A DNA stretch of 64,000 nucleotides from Gammaproteobacteria bacterium (GTDB taxonomy: Bacteria; Pseudomonadota; Gammaproteobacteria; Steroidobacterales; JBFFHS01). Position 1 is the stretch's first letter, and every line of letters begins with the position of its first letter. Of this stretch, positions 26,777 to 36,415 are shown piece after piece. The notes under the pieces were generated by a model that did not search any database, was not told the DNA's origin, and worked only from the letters and a program-made list of their open reading frames with translations. The stretch spans positions 26,056 to 90,055 of the forward strand of contig JBFFHS010000002.1 in assembly GCA_041556855.1 (NCBI GenBank), written 5' to 3'. Made by a program: the position numbers and the translations under genes.

Positions 26777-28123
26777 TCAGAGCTCGATGCGCGTGGTGAA
26801 CAAGCCCTTGGCCACGTAGCGTTCGCACACCAAGTCGGCGTACTTCGCCGAGAAGAAGCGCCCCACTGAGTAGACCGTGCCTCCTCGCATGAAGGTGGCC
26901 TCCGCCTCGGGGACCACCGCGCGCGCCTCCACCACCTGGCTTTCATTTTGGGGCACGATGACCACCTGATGCCTGCCCTCGTCGCTCGATCGAGTGACGT
27001 AGTGCATGACCATGGCACCCACCTCGTCGATAACGGTGGTTTCTTCCTCCGTAACCGTCTCGTCGGCGTGGACAAAGTGCTGCAGCACGTCCAGTAGCTC
27101 CGACGCCTGCTCGGTAGGCGGGGAGACCCGCAGGTACGCCGCCACAGCGTCGCGCGCCGCCATGACGCCCTCGCCCGCGGCGAGGGGTAAAGCAAGGTCC
27201 GGCATGGGAATCTTCCACCGGTCAGCGAACTCCTGGAGGAGCGCGACCTCACGCTCGTCCACGCGCTCGTCGACATGCACAATCGCCTTGAAGACTTCCA
27301 TCAACTCGGCGATGCCCTGTGCCTGGAGGAGAAGTCCCTCCCTCGACCGCTCCAGCTGCTCCTTGCGGCGAAGGTCCTCAAAGCGCCGCAGGAGATCCTC
27401 GGCCCTGATCGCCTCCCGGGCGGTCCCCGAGATATCGTGCAGCACCTTGCCCTTGTGCATCATCACGATGCGGTCGCCCAGATCCACGGCCTGCTGCATG
27501 GAGTGAGTCACCATCATCGTGGTGATCCTTTCGCGCGCGACTATCTCGTGCGTGAGGCGGATCACCTGCGCCGCGCTCTTGGGGTCCAACGCCGCGGTGT
27601 GCTCATCCAGGAGCAGCAGGTCCGGCTTCAGCCAGGTTGCCATCAGCAGCGTCAGGGCCTGGCGTTGCCCGCCCGAGAGAGTGCCGATGGGGTTATCCAA
27701 TCGGTTCTCCAGGCCCATGTTCAGAACGCGAATTCGATCCCGAATCTCGTCCCGTATGCTGGGCGTGAGAGCTGGCGCCAATCCGCGACTCCGCCCCCGC
27801 CGCGCCGCGAGCGTCAGGTTCTCCGCGATGGTCATAGCGGGCGCGGTACCCGAAAAGGGATTTTGGAATACCCGCCCGACCAACCGAGCGCGCCGATGCT
27901 CGGACCAGCCGGTGATGTCCTCCCCCGAGAGGTGGAGCGAACCGGAATCTACCGGAAAGGAACCGGCGACGGCGTTCAAAATCGTCGACTTGCCGCTGCC
28001 GTTCATGCCGATGATGATCAGGAACGACCCCTCCTCGAGGTCGATGGAAACGTCCTTGAGGGCGCGCACCTCGTTGCTGGTGCCCGGGTGAAACGTCTTC
28101 GAGACATGCTGGATGCTGAGCAT
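26777..28123 (-). CDS. ABC transporter ATP-binding protein with ~180-aa C-terminal extension
   Basis: Walker A GMNGSGKST, signature LSGGQRQ, Walker B LLLLDEHTAALD, H-loop MVTHS. Residues ~266-448 are extra (see findings). Confidence 0.85.
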   Translation of the reverse strand: MLSIQHVSKTFHPGTSNEVRALKDVSIDLEEGSFLIIIGMNGSGKSTILNAVAGSFPVDSGSLHLSGEDITGWSEHRRARLVGRVFQNPFSGTAPAMTIAENLTLAARRGRSRGLAPALTPSIRDEIRDRIRVLNMGLENRLDNPIGTLSGGQRQALTLLMATWLKPDLLLLDEHTAALDPKSAAQVIRLTHEIVARERITTMMVTHSMQQAVDLGDRIVMMHKGKVLHDISGTAREAIRAEDLLRRFEDLRRKEQLERSREGLLLQAQGIAELMEVFKAIVHVDERVDEREVALLQEFADRWKIPMPDLALPLAAGEGVMAARDAVAAYLRVSPPTEQASELLDVLQHFVHADETVTEEETTVIDEVGAMVMHYVTRSSDEGRHQVVIVPQNESQVVEARAVVPEAEATFMRGGTVYSVGRFFSAKYADLVCERYVAKGLFTTRIEL

Positions 28124-28126
28124 TTA

Positions 28127-29068
28127 TCAGGCTCCCGCCGACCGTGAACGTGCCGACGGTCCAAAGCGTCGCAGCAACGCGGGTGCCATCAGCGCCATGA
28201 ACACAAAGACCGCCGTGACCAGCTTGAGGTCGTTGGGGTTGAGACCCCAACGCAGCGCGATCGCGACCAGAAGCCTGAAGAGGACCGAACCCATAATGGC
28301 GCCGCACAGGAGGAGGCCGAGTGAGCGAGAGCCCACGAGTGCTTCGCCGATGATCACGCTCGCCAGGCCGATCACGATAATGCCGATCCCCATCTGCACG
28401 TCTGCGAAGCCCTGGTACTGGGCGACCAAAGCACCACTCAGGGCGATCAGGGCATTCGACAAGGCAAGCCCGAGGATGGTGAGCGTGTCCACGCTCACTC
28501 CCAGGGCACCCACCATCTGAGGATTGTCACCGGAGGCCCGCATAGCCGTGCCTAACTGCGTTCGGTAGAACCAGTAGAGAACCAGGCTGATCAAAACCAC
28601 GACGACGAAGCCACCGACCAGAATCGAAAGGTCCCGAATCCCGACCGTCCAGCCGAGTATGTTCACACCGGAGCGCCCACCAGCCAGCCAATCCCCGATC
28701 CTTCCCACATAGGTGGCTAGCGTTGTCTCGTTGATGAGCGGGACGTTGCTGCGCCCCATGATCCTTAGATTGATCGAGTAGAGGGCGGTCATGGCCAGGA
28801 TCCCGGCCAGCAGAGGCTGTATACGGCACTTCGTGGTCATCAGCCCCGTCCCCATCCCGGCGACAAACCCGGCCAGCGCCGCGACGAGGGTGGCGGTCGC
28901 TGGGTGGACACCCCCGACAATCAGCGCGGCTGCGACCGCAGCGCCCAGCGTGATCGACCCCTCCGCGGTAATGTCCGGAATGTGCAGGATGCGGAAACTC
29001 ATGTACACGCCGAGGGCAAGGACCGCGAGGATGAGTCCCAGGGTGAGAGCTCCGATGAGAAGATTCAC
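28127..29068 (-). CDS. ABC transporter permease
   Basis: 313 aa and highly hydrophobic (about 8-10 TM). 3-nt gaps to both neighbouring ABC genes. Confidence 0.8.
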   Translation of the reverse strand: MNLLIGALTLGLILAVLALGVYMSFRILHIPDITAEGSITLGAAVAAALIVGGVHPATATLVAALAGFVAGMGTGLMTTKCRIQPLLAGILAMTALYSINLRIMGRSNVPLINETTLATYVGRIGDWLAGGRSGVNILGWTVGIRDLSILVGGFVVVVLISLVLYWFYRTQLGTAMRASGDNPQMVGALGVSVDTLTILGLALSNALIALSGALVAQYQGFADVQMGIGIIVIGLASVIIGEALVGSRSLGLLLCGAIMGSVLFRLLVAIALRWGLNPNDLKLVTAVFVFMALMAPALLRRFGPSARSRSAGA

Positions 29069-29071
29069 GGT

Positions 29072-31120
29072 TCAGTGCCCCTGTGCCGCAGCGAGCCCGA
29101 TCAGCTCGTCGGAAAAAGTCACCCCGAAGCGACGCGCGGCTTCGTGGTTCAGGATATACCGGGTTGTCGATGCGGCCCTGAACGGCAGCGCGGCCACCGA
29201 CTCGCCGCGAAGGACGCGGGCGGCAAGCCTGCCGGCATCGACTCCGGCGTCGAAGTAATCTCGCCCGACGATAAGGAGAGGCCCGAACTCAGCGGCGGTG
29301 GTGGAGAAGGTTATGACCGGAATGCGTTCCCGGTTGGCAGCCTCCATGACTGCGGGGTAGCTCGCCGATATCAGATTATCCGTAACCTGCAACCAGACGT
29401 CCGGTCTCGTCGCCGCGAGCGCTATCGAGGCGTCCAAGACGTCGCCTGCCGTGGCAATCCCTACCACCTCGACCGAGTAGCCCCGTGCCTCGGCAGCTTC
29501 CACGAGTCTATCCCTGTTCCACTGGGAGTTGATTTCCGCAGGCGTGTAGAGGGTCCCCAGCCTGCGGGCACCGGGAAAGAGATCCGCAGTGATGTCCAAC
29601 GCCACCTCGAGCGGTTGGTTCAAGTATGCACCCGTCACCGTCGGGGCGTGATCCGTGTCGCTCGTGCCGGCCCCGACGATGAAGGGGTTCGACACCATCC
29701 CGAAAACGATCGGGATCCCTGGGTTTCTCTGCAGCGCGGTCTGAAGCGCCGGCGTGCTCAGCGTCAGTATCATTTGAGTGCTTTTAGGCCTGATGGCGTC
29801 GATGATGCTGACGAGGGTGGGCATGTCACCCTGGGCCGAGTGGACGCGTAAGTTGAGCCCACGATCAGGGTCGAAGCCCCCCTGAGCCAGGCCTAGCCTA
29901 ACTCCCTCGAGCGATTGCTCTGCGACCATGGTCTCCGAGTGCATGACCAGGTCGACATTTGGTCGCTCCCCGCCCTCGGCGACGCGGTCCCAGCGGAGCG
30001 ACGGGGGTGGTTCGGGCCTCTCGAACTCCTGTCTCCGGCTGCCGGAGGCATCGATCACGAGGCTCGCGCTTGCCACGAGGTCGGGTCCGATACGCCAGCT
30101 TGGGGAGAGCCCCAGCTCATCGAGCACCGTGAGATTGAGGTGCAGGTCAACCGGGATCCAGTTCTCCACCGGGATCGTCGCAGGGTCCCGCCCCTCGAGG
30201 ACGTCGGCGGCGAGAAGGCCCTGCACATAGCCGACGTCCTCATACCTGGCTCCCAGGTCCAGGAGAGAGCCTCGGCTGACCGAGCCCGGCAGGGAAGTGA
30301 CGACCGGGACACCGGCGCGACGGGCAGCCTGAATGAGCACGTCGACGGCGGTGTAAACCGTGCTGTCCGGGCTCACCCACAGCACGTCGACCCCCCGCGA
30401 GAGCACGGACTGGGCCACCTCGCCGGCGGCTGTGGATGACTCCGCGTTTCCCTCGACGAGTTCCATCCCAAACTCGGCGGCGGCGGCGCGGGCCAGGTGG
30501 GTCGCCGCCTCGGAGTTGGCCTCCGTTGGATTCCACACGAGACCTACGCGGCGCGCGTCCGGATTGATGGTCCGCAGCAGCTCGAACAGCTCCCGCACGG
30601 GCGGCAAGCTTCCCAGACCAGCCATATAGGGTGGGTGGTCGAGGTGGTCCTCACGGCTGATATTGACCCCCGCGCCGTAGGGGTCGGAAGTAATGCCGAA
30701 GATGTGCACGGTCGGGTTCGCCCGAGACCGGTTCATATTCGCCACCGTTTGCAGGGAGGGGGTCGAGGCCGTGATGATCATGTCGAGGTCGGCGCTCGTG
30801 ACCTGGGCCGCGATGGCGTTGGCAACGGCAAGGTCGCCCTGAGCGTTGTAGCGCGTCACCTCCAGACGCTCCCCGTCCACGAAGCCCCGCGCCGCGAGCC
30901 CGGCGAGGATGCCTTCAACGCCTTCATCCACCGGTGCTACGGAGGCGAGCTGCACCAACGCCACCCGCCGAGCGGTTTCAGCGTCGCCGTCATCAGAAGC
31001 CGTCCGGTCCCTGCGGGCGTCCAGGTCCGATAGAAGAAGGATCGCGGCAGCCGCGGCGATAGCGATCAACCCGAAAGAGAGCCTGCCCAACACGCTCGTA
31101 GAGTCCACCCTGGAACCCAC
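29072..31120 (-). CDS. Tandem-duplicated periplasmic substrate-binding protein (ABC_sub_bind-like, two copies in one chain)
   Basis: 682 aa with an N-terminal anchor/signal. The two halves align to each other (VALVQLASVAPVDEGVEGILAGLAARGF...ITASTPSLQTV versus VDLVMHSETMVAEQSLEGVRLGLAQGGF...TLSTPALQTAL). GTG start. Confidence 0.7.
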   Translation of the reverse strand: MGSRVDSTSVLGRLSFGLIAIAAAAAILLLSDLDARRDRTASDDGDAETARRVALVQLASVAPVDEGVEGILAGLAARGFVDGERLEVTRYNAQGDLAVANAIAAQVTSADLDMIITASTPSLQTVANMNRSRANPTVHIFGITSDPYGAGVNISREDHLDHPPYMAGLGSLPPVRELFELLRTINPDARRVGLVWNPTEANSEAATHLARAAAAEFGMELVEGNAESSTAAGEVAQSVLSRGVDVLWVSPDSTVYTAVDVLIQAARRAGVPVVTSLPGSVSRGSLLDLGARYEDVGYVQGLLAADVLEGRDPATIPVENWIPVDLHLNLTVLDELGLSPSWRIGPDLVASASLVIDASGSRRQEFERPEPPPSLRWDRVAEGGERPNVDLVMHSETMVAEQSLEGVRLGLAQGGFDPDRGLNLRVHSAQGDMPTLVSIIDAIRPKSTQMILTLSTPALQTALQRNPGIPIVFGMVSNPFIVGAGTSDTDHAPTVTGAYLNQPLEVALDITADLFPGARRLGTLYTPAEINSQWNRDRLVEAAEARGYSVEVVGIATAGDVLDASIALAATRPDVWLQVTDNLISASYPAVMEAANRERIPVITFSTTAAEFGPLLIVGRDYFDAGVDAGRLAARVLRGESVAALPFRAASTTRYILNHEAARRFGVTFSDELIGLAAAQGH

Positions 31121-31134
31121 TTTTTTGTTATTCG

Positions 31135-31168
31135 TGGCAGTTTATCTCAAAAACTGCCAATCGGGCAG
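31135..31168. promoter_or_regulatory. Overlapping inverted repeats in the leader of the ABC operon
   Basis: TGGCAGTTT (31135-31143) pairs with AAACTGCCA (31151-31159). CTGCC (31154-31158) also pairs with GGCAG (31164-31168). The element lies 15-48 nt upstream of the GTG at 31120. Confidence 0.25.
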
Positions 31169-31392
31169 CTTGTCCAGATCACCCGAACTCGTGGTTCGGT
31201 CGCTCCTGGCCGTAAGCCGGCGCCGCTGCAGCGCAGCATTTTTCTTGGCCGGGCGGCCACCCGCAGGGCCACCTCAGTCACCAGGCTTTCCTGGCCGGAC
31301 AGGAGGACTTCTCCCAGAGAAGCGTCATCTTGTTGGGCCGCAAGGCACGGTTTGATCACCTCATTGGTTGACGCGGGCAGTCGGCCGCCCGG

Positions 31393-32892
31393 CTACCACG
31401 CGATCTGGAACCCGAGACTGGCGATCAGGCTTTCCGGCAGGGTCTGCCCGTCGATCCTGGTCGTATCCAGCGACGAGGCGATGTCGAGATTGATGTATTT
31501 GAACAAAGTCGCGCCGACGCTCGCGTAGGTCTTTTCGGTGCCGACGAGATTTTGGCGATAACCAAGCCGGAATCCCGGGAACCACTCATTCCGGGTGCTG
31601 TATCCGACGCTCGCGGTCAGCCACTGGAACTCGTCGCCGACCGGGTCTTCGGCCGAATTGGCATCGCCGGCCAGGTGAAACGACCAGCGCCGGTCCTGAG
31701 TGAACATCGAAGCCTCCAGCTTCAGCTGTCGTTCCATGGTGTAGACGCCGTCGGCCTGAAGTACGCGAACAAGGTCCGGGTTACTGATCGGGAGCTTGAT
31801 CTCCGGAAACCGGAAGTCCGGCTCATTGAGGCTTCGGAGCTGGGCACCAAGCTGGTAGTTCTCGCCGACCCACAACACACCGATGTCGAATCCGACCCGG
31901 GTATCCTTTTCGAAGTCCGCGTTTCTGATTTCGTCGAAGAGCTCTTCCGAGTTGGTGATGTCACCGAACCGCACACCCCAGCGACTGAGGCGCATATCGT
32001 AAAGGTGGGTCTCAACGCCCGCGTACAGGGTACCGCCGCCGCCGGCCCAAAGCTCGCGGCCGTAACCGAAGGACAACGCCGTAACTTGCGACGACTTGGA
32101 CGCCAGCAGACTGTCGTTTTCGAGGGAGAAGCGCACGTTACCCAGCTCATCGATCACGAGGCGAACCTGGTCGCCGACTCGAAGTGACGAAGGCCGGTTC
32201 GCAACCTCCGTGTCGAACCAATCCTGGATCGCGGCTTGCGCCTGCTCCCTCGTAAAATCGATCTCTTCCGCCAGGCCATAGGCCCGGGCCGTGCCCGACC
32301 AGTGCAGTTGCATGGTCCATGCGCCACCGAAGCGCTCGTTCTTGAAGACGAACGGCGCATCCGCCGCGACCCATGCCTTACCGTAACCCTCCGTCAGGAT
32401 CAGGGCGAGCGCGGCTGCCCGGGTGGCGACCTGGTCGACCACGCTTTCGATCTCATCCTGTATATCCGGGTCCAGTGTATCCCAGATATCGCCGAGGTCG
32501 ATACCGTCATCGGGTTTGTCGTCCGGGTCCTGCCCAGGGCCGCCCACGTCCTCGCCCGGATCGCTCTTTGAGAAGGCCCGGGACAGCTCATCGTAGTAGT
32601 CCCAGATCTGCTCGATATTGCCGTATTCAATGCCAGCTGCTGCCGACACCACCGTGCCAGATCGGGCCGCGTCACCCTCCCGCGCGAGGTCGGCCGCCGC
32701 TGCCGCTGGGTTGGTCGACGCGGACTGGGCACGCATGCCGTGGGTGACGTCGCCGAAAGTCAGGTTGGCGCCCGGCGGCTGAAACAACTGTTGAGCGCTC
32801 GCGCCGTTCCCAATGAACAAAACCGCAAGCAGCACTGTGGAGGGGACGGACAGCGCTTTGCCCGCAACAGCCGCCCCTGGAAACACTCGCAT
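31393..32892 (-). CDS. Outer-membrane beta-barrel candidate (possibly TraF_2-like), unknown function
   Basis: Signal peptide ending GNGASAQQ. Alternating beta-strand-like C-terminal half. C-terminal aromatic terminus SLGFQIAW. Start at ATG 32892 (TTG 32904 also possible). Confidence 0.5.
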   Translation of the reverse strand: MRVFPGAAVAGKALSVPSTVLLAVLFIGNGASAQQLFQPPGANLTFGDVTHGMRAQSASTNPAAAAADLAREGDAARSGTVVSAAAGIEYGNIEQIWDYYDELSRAFSKSDPGEDVGGPGQDPDDKPDDGIDLGDIWDTLDPDIQDEIESVVDQVATRAAALALILTEGYGKAWVAADAPFVFKNERFGGAWTMQLHWSGTARAYGLAEEIDFTREQAQAAIQDWFDTEVANRPSSLRVGDQVRLVIDELGNVRFSLENDSLLASKSSQVTALSFGYGRELWAGGGGTLYAGVETHLYDMRLSRWGVRFGDITNSEELFDEIRNADFEKDTRVGFDIGVLWVGENYQLGAQLRSLNEPDFRFPEIKLPISNPDLVRVLQADGVYTMERQLKLEASMFTQDRRWSFHLAGDANSAEDPVGDEFQWLTASVGYSTRNEWFPGFRLGYRQNLVGTEKTYASVGATLFKYINLDIASSLDTTRIDGQTLPESLIASLGFQIAW

Positions 32893-33147
32893 GGTGGGGT
32901 CCAAATATTGAAGTTAGCCAGGGATCTTAACGCTTCAAGCGCCATGCTGGCATGCGCAGGGTACGCCGGACAGCATCAAGCTGGGGCCGCCAAGCTGTTT
33001 GAGGCGAAGCAGAGCGGGAGCGGGCCGGGGCGCGTCGCGCAGCCGCGCAAGACGCGGGGCAACACTGTCAGATGACCCGGCTCCAGGCTCGCGCCGTACC
33101 CGGGAAGAGCCAAGCGCCCCCTGGGGGGCGGCGAACAACCCCGGCAA

Positions 33148-33369
33148 TTACTCCTGCAGCGGCAGGAAACTCGACTCGATCGCTCTGTAGCGCATGTCCC
33201 AGTGGTTCTGGGCCAGCGGAAAGAACACCTCGGTGATGTGCTTGAGCCGATCCTTGCCCGGATTGGTGAGTTCGTAGCTCTTCTGCATCAACTGCAGCAT
33301 CGGGACGTCCCACGGAACCTGTTCATCACGGTAGCACCCTCTTTTGAATTTCAACGACCGTAGCACCAT
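33148..33369 (-). CDS. Hypothetical small protein (73 aa)
   Basis: The ORF has non-repetitive, protein-like composition (MVLRSLKFKRGCYRDEQVPWDVPMLQLMQKSYELTNPGKDRLKHITEVFF). I do not recognise a family. Confidence 0.35.
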   Translation of the reverse strand: MVLRSLKFKRGCYRDEQVPWDVPMLQLMQKSYELTNPGKDRLKHITEVFFPLAQNHWDMRYRAIESSFLPLQE

Positions 33370-33756
33370 CCATTAACCGGCACAAAGCAAGCGCCCAAGG
33401 TTATTCTGGTGGATATTGATGACCGGGTACTGTCCGGTGAGCATTCTAACGCTCATCCCCACAGCGGGTTGACGCGGGCGATGGCGCATTTGGATCTGTT
33501 AGTGCAGCGGGAGTGTTCGAGACTGGGGGCGTTCTGCGCGCGGCGCTGGGTGGTGCGGCCGCCCTTGAGCCCCAGGTAACATAGCGGGGCGCGGTAGCCA
33601 GTAAAAACACGAGAAAGCCCCGGACACCATGGCCGTCACCGGTCGCGTTGTTCCCGCCTGCGAGGCATGAGCCAAGTCGGTAGGAAACCCGATGGTCATT
33701 CAAGCAAAGCTTCGGTATTTTCGTTCTCCACTGGCGGGGCGTGTCGACTTATCAGA

Positions 33757-36387
33757 ATGAAAGGCTCAAAGAACACGAGCAGCACCCTCAACAGGTTGTT
33801 GCTGGCTGCTATAGGTGTCGGCACGTTCGTGACCTGGGCAGCTGTCAACCAATCGCGCCCGGCAGCGGCCTGGCCGACCCTGGTTGACGGCTATGCCTTT
33901 TCGCCTTTGCGTCGTGGCCAAGACCCTTCACGCGGCGAATATCCGTCTCACGCTGAGATTGAAGCTGATTTGCGCCTGCTGGCCGGGCACAGCGGCGCCA
34001 TTCGAACTTACTCACTGAACGGCACCCTGCGTGAGATCCCCCGCATTGCCGCGCGCCTCGGTTTTGACGTTACGGTCGGCGTCGAGCTCAATAAGGATCC
34101 GCGCCGCAACCGTGCGCAGCTTGCCGCGCTCCGTGCGGTTGAGCTCAGCACGGACAACCTCAAACGCGCCATCATTGGCAATGAGATGTTGCTGACCTCG
34201 ATGTTAGCGATCGATGATCTGAAACGAACGCTGAGTCGCGCGCGGCGCGAGTCGGGACTCGCTATCAGCACGGCGGAGCCATGGCATGTCTGGCTGGAAT
34301 ACCCCGAGCTAGCCCACCATGTCGACTTTATTACCGTGCATCTGCTGCCGTACTGGGAGGGTATCCATGTCGATGAGGCGGTCAATTTTGTCATCGCCAG
34401 GCTAGCGACTCTCAAGGAGACGTTTCCCGAAAAGCCAATTCTTATCGGGGAGGTTGGCTGGCCAAGCTTCGGTCGAACCCGCGGACGGGCGGTCGCCTCC
34501 CCCGCCAATGCGGCCGCCTTCCTGCGCGAGTTCACAAGCCGCGCTCATGATCTGGGCTATGACTATTTCCTCATGGAAGCCTTCGACCAGCCCTGGAAGC
34601 GCTCGATAGAAGGAGAAGTGGGTGCGTACTGGGGCATATACGACGTGGACCGCCGGCTCAAGCTGCAGCTCACCGGCCCTATCGCGCCCTTGCCGGGTTG
34701 GGGCCTGTGGTCATTGCTGGCAGCGGTGCTGGCCAGCCTGGCCTTCCGCACAATGGTCGCGGATGGCCACCGGTTTGAAGCGCGGGGCCGCACGTTTATG
34801 GCGTTCATTGCCGCCGCCATGGCCACGGGCTGCCTGTGGACCTTCAGCCTGCATTCGACGCGGTACTGGAGCGTCGTCGACGCACCTGCCGCTGTTTTGA
34901 TGCTCGTCGGCACACTCGGCATCGTGCTGCTCGTGCTGGTCGAGGCTCACGAATGGGCCGAAGCCCGATGGTGCGCCCGAGCGCGGCCCCCCTCACCAGC
35001 TGAGTCAGCGCATCCGGGGCGATTGCCAAAAGTTTCGATCCACTTGCCCGCCCATGAGGAGCCGCCGGAACTCCTGTTAGAGACGCTCAGCGCTCTTGCC
35101 AGGCTCGATTATCCGAATTTTGAGGTACTCGTCATCGATAACAATACCGCTGACGAGCAGCTCTGGCGGCCGGTGGAGGCATTCTGCTCGCATCTCGGCG
35201 CAAACTTTCGCTTCTATCACGTAAATCCCTTGCAAGGCTACAAGGCTGGGGCCCTTAACTTTGCCCTGCGGCATACTGCTAACGATGCCAGCATCGTGGC
35301 CGTCATAGACAGCGACTATAAGGTCGATCCGAGGTGGTTGCGGGACCTGGTGCCCGAATTCACAGCACCCGCCGTTGCCATTGTCCAGGCTCCGCAAGAC
35401 TACCGCGATGGCGAGTCCAGCGTATTCAAAGCGATGTGCGCCGCTGAGTACCAGGGCTTTTTTAAGATCGGCATGGTCACACGCAATGATCGCAACGCGA
35501 TCATTCAGCATGGCACGATGACGATGATCCGCAAGAGAGTACTCCGCGAGGTAGGCGGCTGGGCCGAGTGGACCATTACGGAAGATGCGGAGCTTGGTCT
35601 GCGCGTACTGGAACATGGTTATGAAGCAAGATATATCCGGACCAGCTACGGCAAGGGGCTAACGCCGGACAATTTCCAGGATTACAAAACGCAGCGATTT
35701 CGTTGGGCAGTCGGCGCTAGTCAGATCCTGCGCAGACACGGCCCCTTGTTGATCGGTACAAAGCCCAGCGCCCTCACCCGCGGTCAACGCTACCACTTTG
35801 TGGCAGGTTGGTTGCCCTGGCTGGCAGACGGCTTCAATCTATTCTTCACTGCTCTCGCCTTAGCGTGGTCTGTACTGGTACTCATTGCGCCGGCTCACTT
35901 TCATGCGCCCCTTGCGTCTTTCTCCACCTTCGTGCTCGCATTATTCGTCTTCAAACTCGCCAAAGTGCTCATGCTGTACCGGGCCCGAGTGGGAACTAGT
36001 TTCGGGCGTAGCTTAGGCGCCGCCGTCACAGGCCTGAGTCTCGTGTACACGATAGGCAGGGCCGTCATTCTCGGTTTTTTCGTTCAAGATGCGCGTTTTC
36101 TCAGAACACCCAAGCTGGCCCACCCACACACCTTGAGGGGCGCTCTATACGCGGCGGCACCTGAGACTGCTCTCGCCAGCGCTTTGCTCGCTTGTGCAGT
36201 GGGAATCTCGACAACCGGAACCTTCGAAAGCATCGATCGGGACGTGTGGGCGGCACTCCTGTTGGTGTTGGCCGTGCCTCATCTGTCAGCGTTACTGTTA
36301 GCGGTCACTAATTCCCTGCCCTGGATTCGCGCCAAGGGCGTCGCTCGCGGTCCCGATAATGTGATCGGCGGCGGGCGGCGCCCATGA
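33757..36387 (+). CDS. ndvB: NdvB-like bifunctional glucan synthase: N-terminal GH17 domain, C-terminal processive GT2 domain, multiple TM helices
   Basis: GH17 signatures IIGNE and ILIGEVGWPSFG. GT2 motifs VLVIDNNTAD, VIDSDY, QAPQDY, TEDAELGLR, QRFRWAVGA. Start set at ATG 33757 (MKGSKN); the ORF-track start is 33667. Confidence 0.8.
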   Translation: MKGSKNTSSTLNRLLLAAIGVGTFVTWAAVNQSRPAAAWPTLVDGYAFSPLRRGQDPSRGEYPSHAEIEADLRLLAGHSGAIRTYSLNGTLREIPRIAARLGFDVTVGVELNKDPRRNRAQLAALRAVELSTDNLKRAIIGNEMLLTSMLAIDDLKRTLSRARRESGLAISTAEPWHVWLEYPELAHHVDFITVHLLPYWEGIHVDEAVNFVIARLATLKETFPEKPILIGEVGWPSFGRTRGRAVASPANAAAFLREFTSRAHDLGYDYFLMEAFDQPWKRSIEGEVGAYWGIYDVDRRLKLQLTGPIAPLPGWGLWSLLAAVLASLAFRTMVADGHRFEARGRTFMAFIAAAMATGCLWTFSLHSTRYWSVVDAPAAVLMLVGTLGIVLLVLVEAHEWAEARWCARARPPSPAESAHPGRLPKVSIHLPAHEEPPELLLETLSALARLDYPNFEVLVIDNNTADEQLWRPVEAFCSHLGANFRFYHVNPLQGYKAGALNFALRHTANDASIVAVIDSDYKVDPRWLRDLVPEFTAPAVAIVQAPQDYRDGESSVFKAMCAAEYQGFFKIGMVTRNDRNAIIQHGTMTMIRKRVLREVGGWAEWTITEDAELGLRVLEHGYEARYIRTSYGKGLTPDNFQDYKTQRFRWAVGASQILRRHGPLLIGTKPSALTRGQRYHFVAGWLPWLADGFNLFFTALALAWSVLVLIAPAHFHAPLASFSTFVLALFVFKLAKVLMLYRARVGTSFGRSLGAAVTGLSLVYTIGRAVILGFFVQDARFLRTPKLAHPHTLRGALYAAAPETALASALLACAVGISTTGTFESIDRDVWAALLLVLAVPHLSALLLAVTNSLPWIRAKGVARGPDNVIGGGRRP

Positions 36388-36415
36388 GCATAGCGGCGCG
36401 GGGCAGCATCAGCAC

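Noticed and set aside
26599-27282. 227-aa minus-strand ORF overlapping the ABC ATPase gene in another frame
   Set aside because: It is an alternative frame of a gene with complete Walker and signature motifs. Its composition (Arg/Ser/Trp/Cys-rich) is not protein-like.
31366-31378. 13-bp exact repeat GGTTGACGCGGGC, also present at 33467-33479
   Set aside because: A single 13-mer recurrence is expected by chance in 64 kb when both strands and all position pairs are considered. The two copies share no positional logic relative to genes.
33581-33600. Partial resemblance (TAGCGGGG...) to the tRNA-Met 3' end, considered as a possible distal att repeat for an island ending at 47158
   Set aside because: Only about 8 contiguous matching bases, which is not distinguishable from chance.
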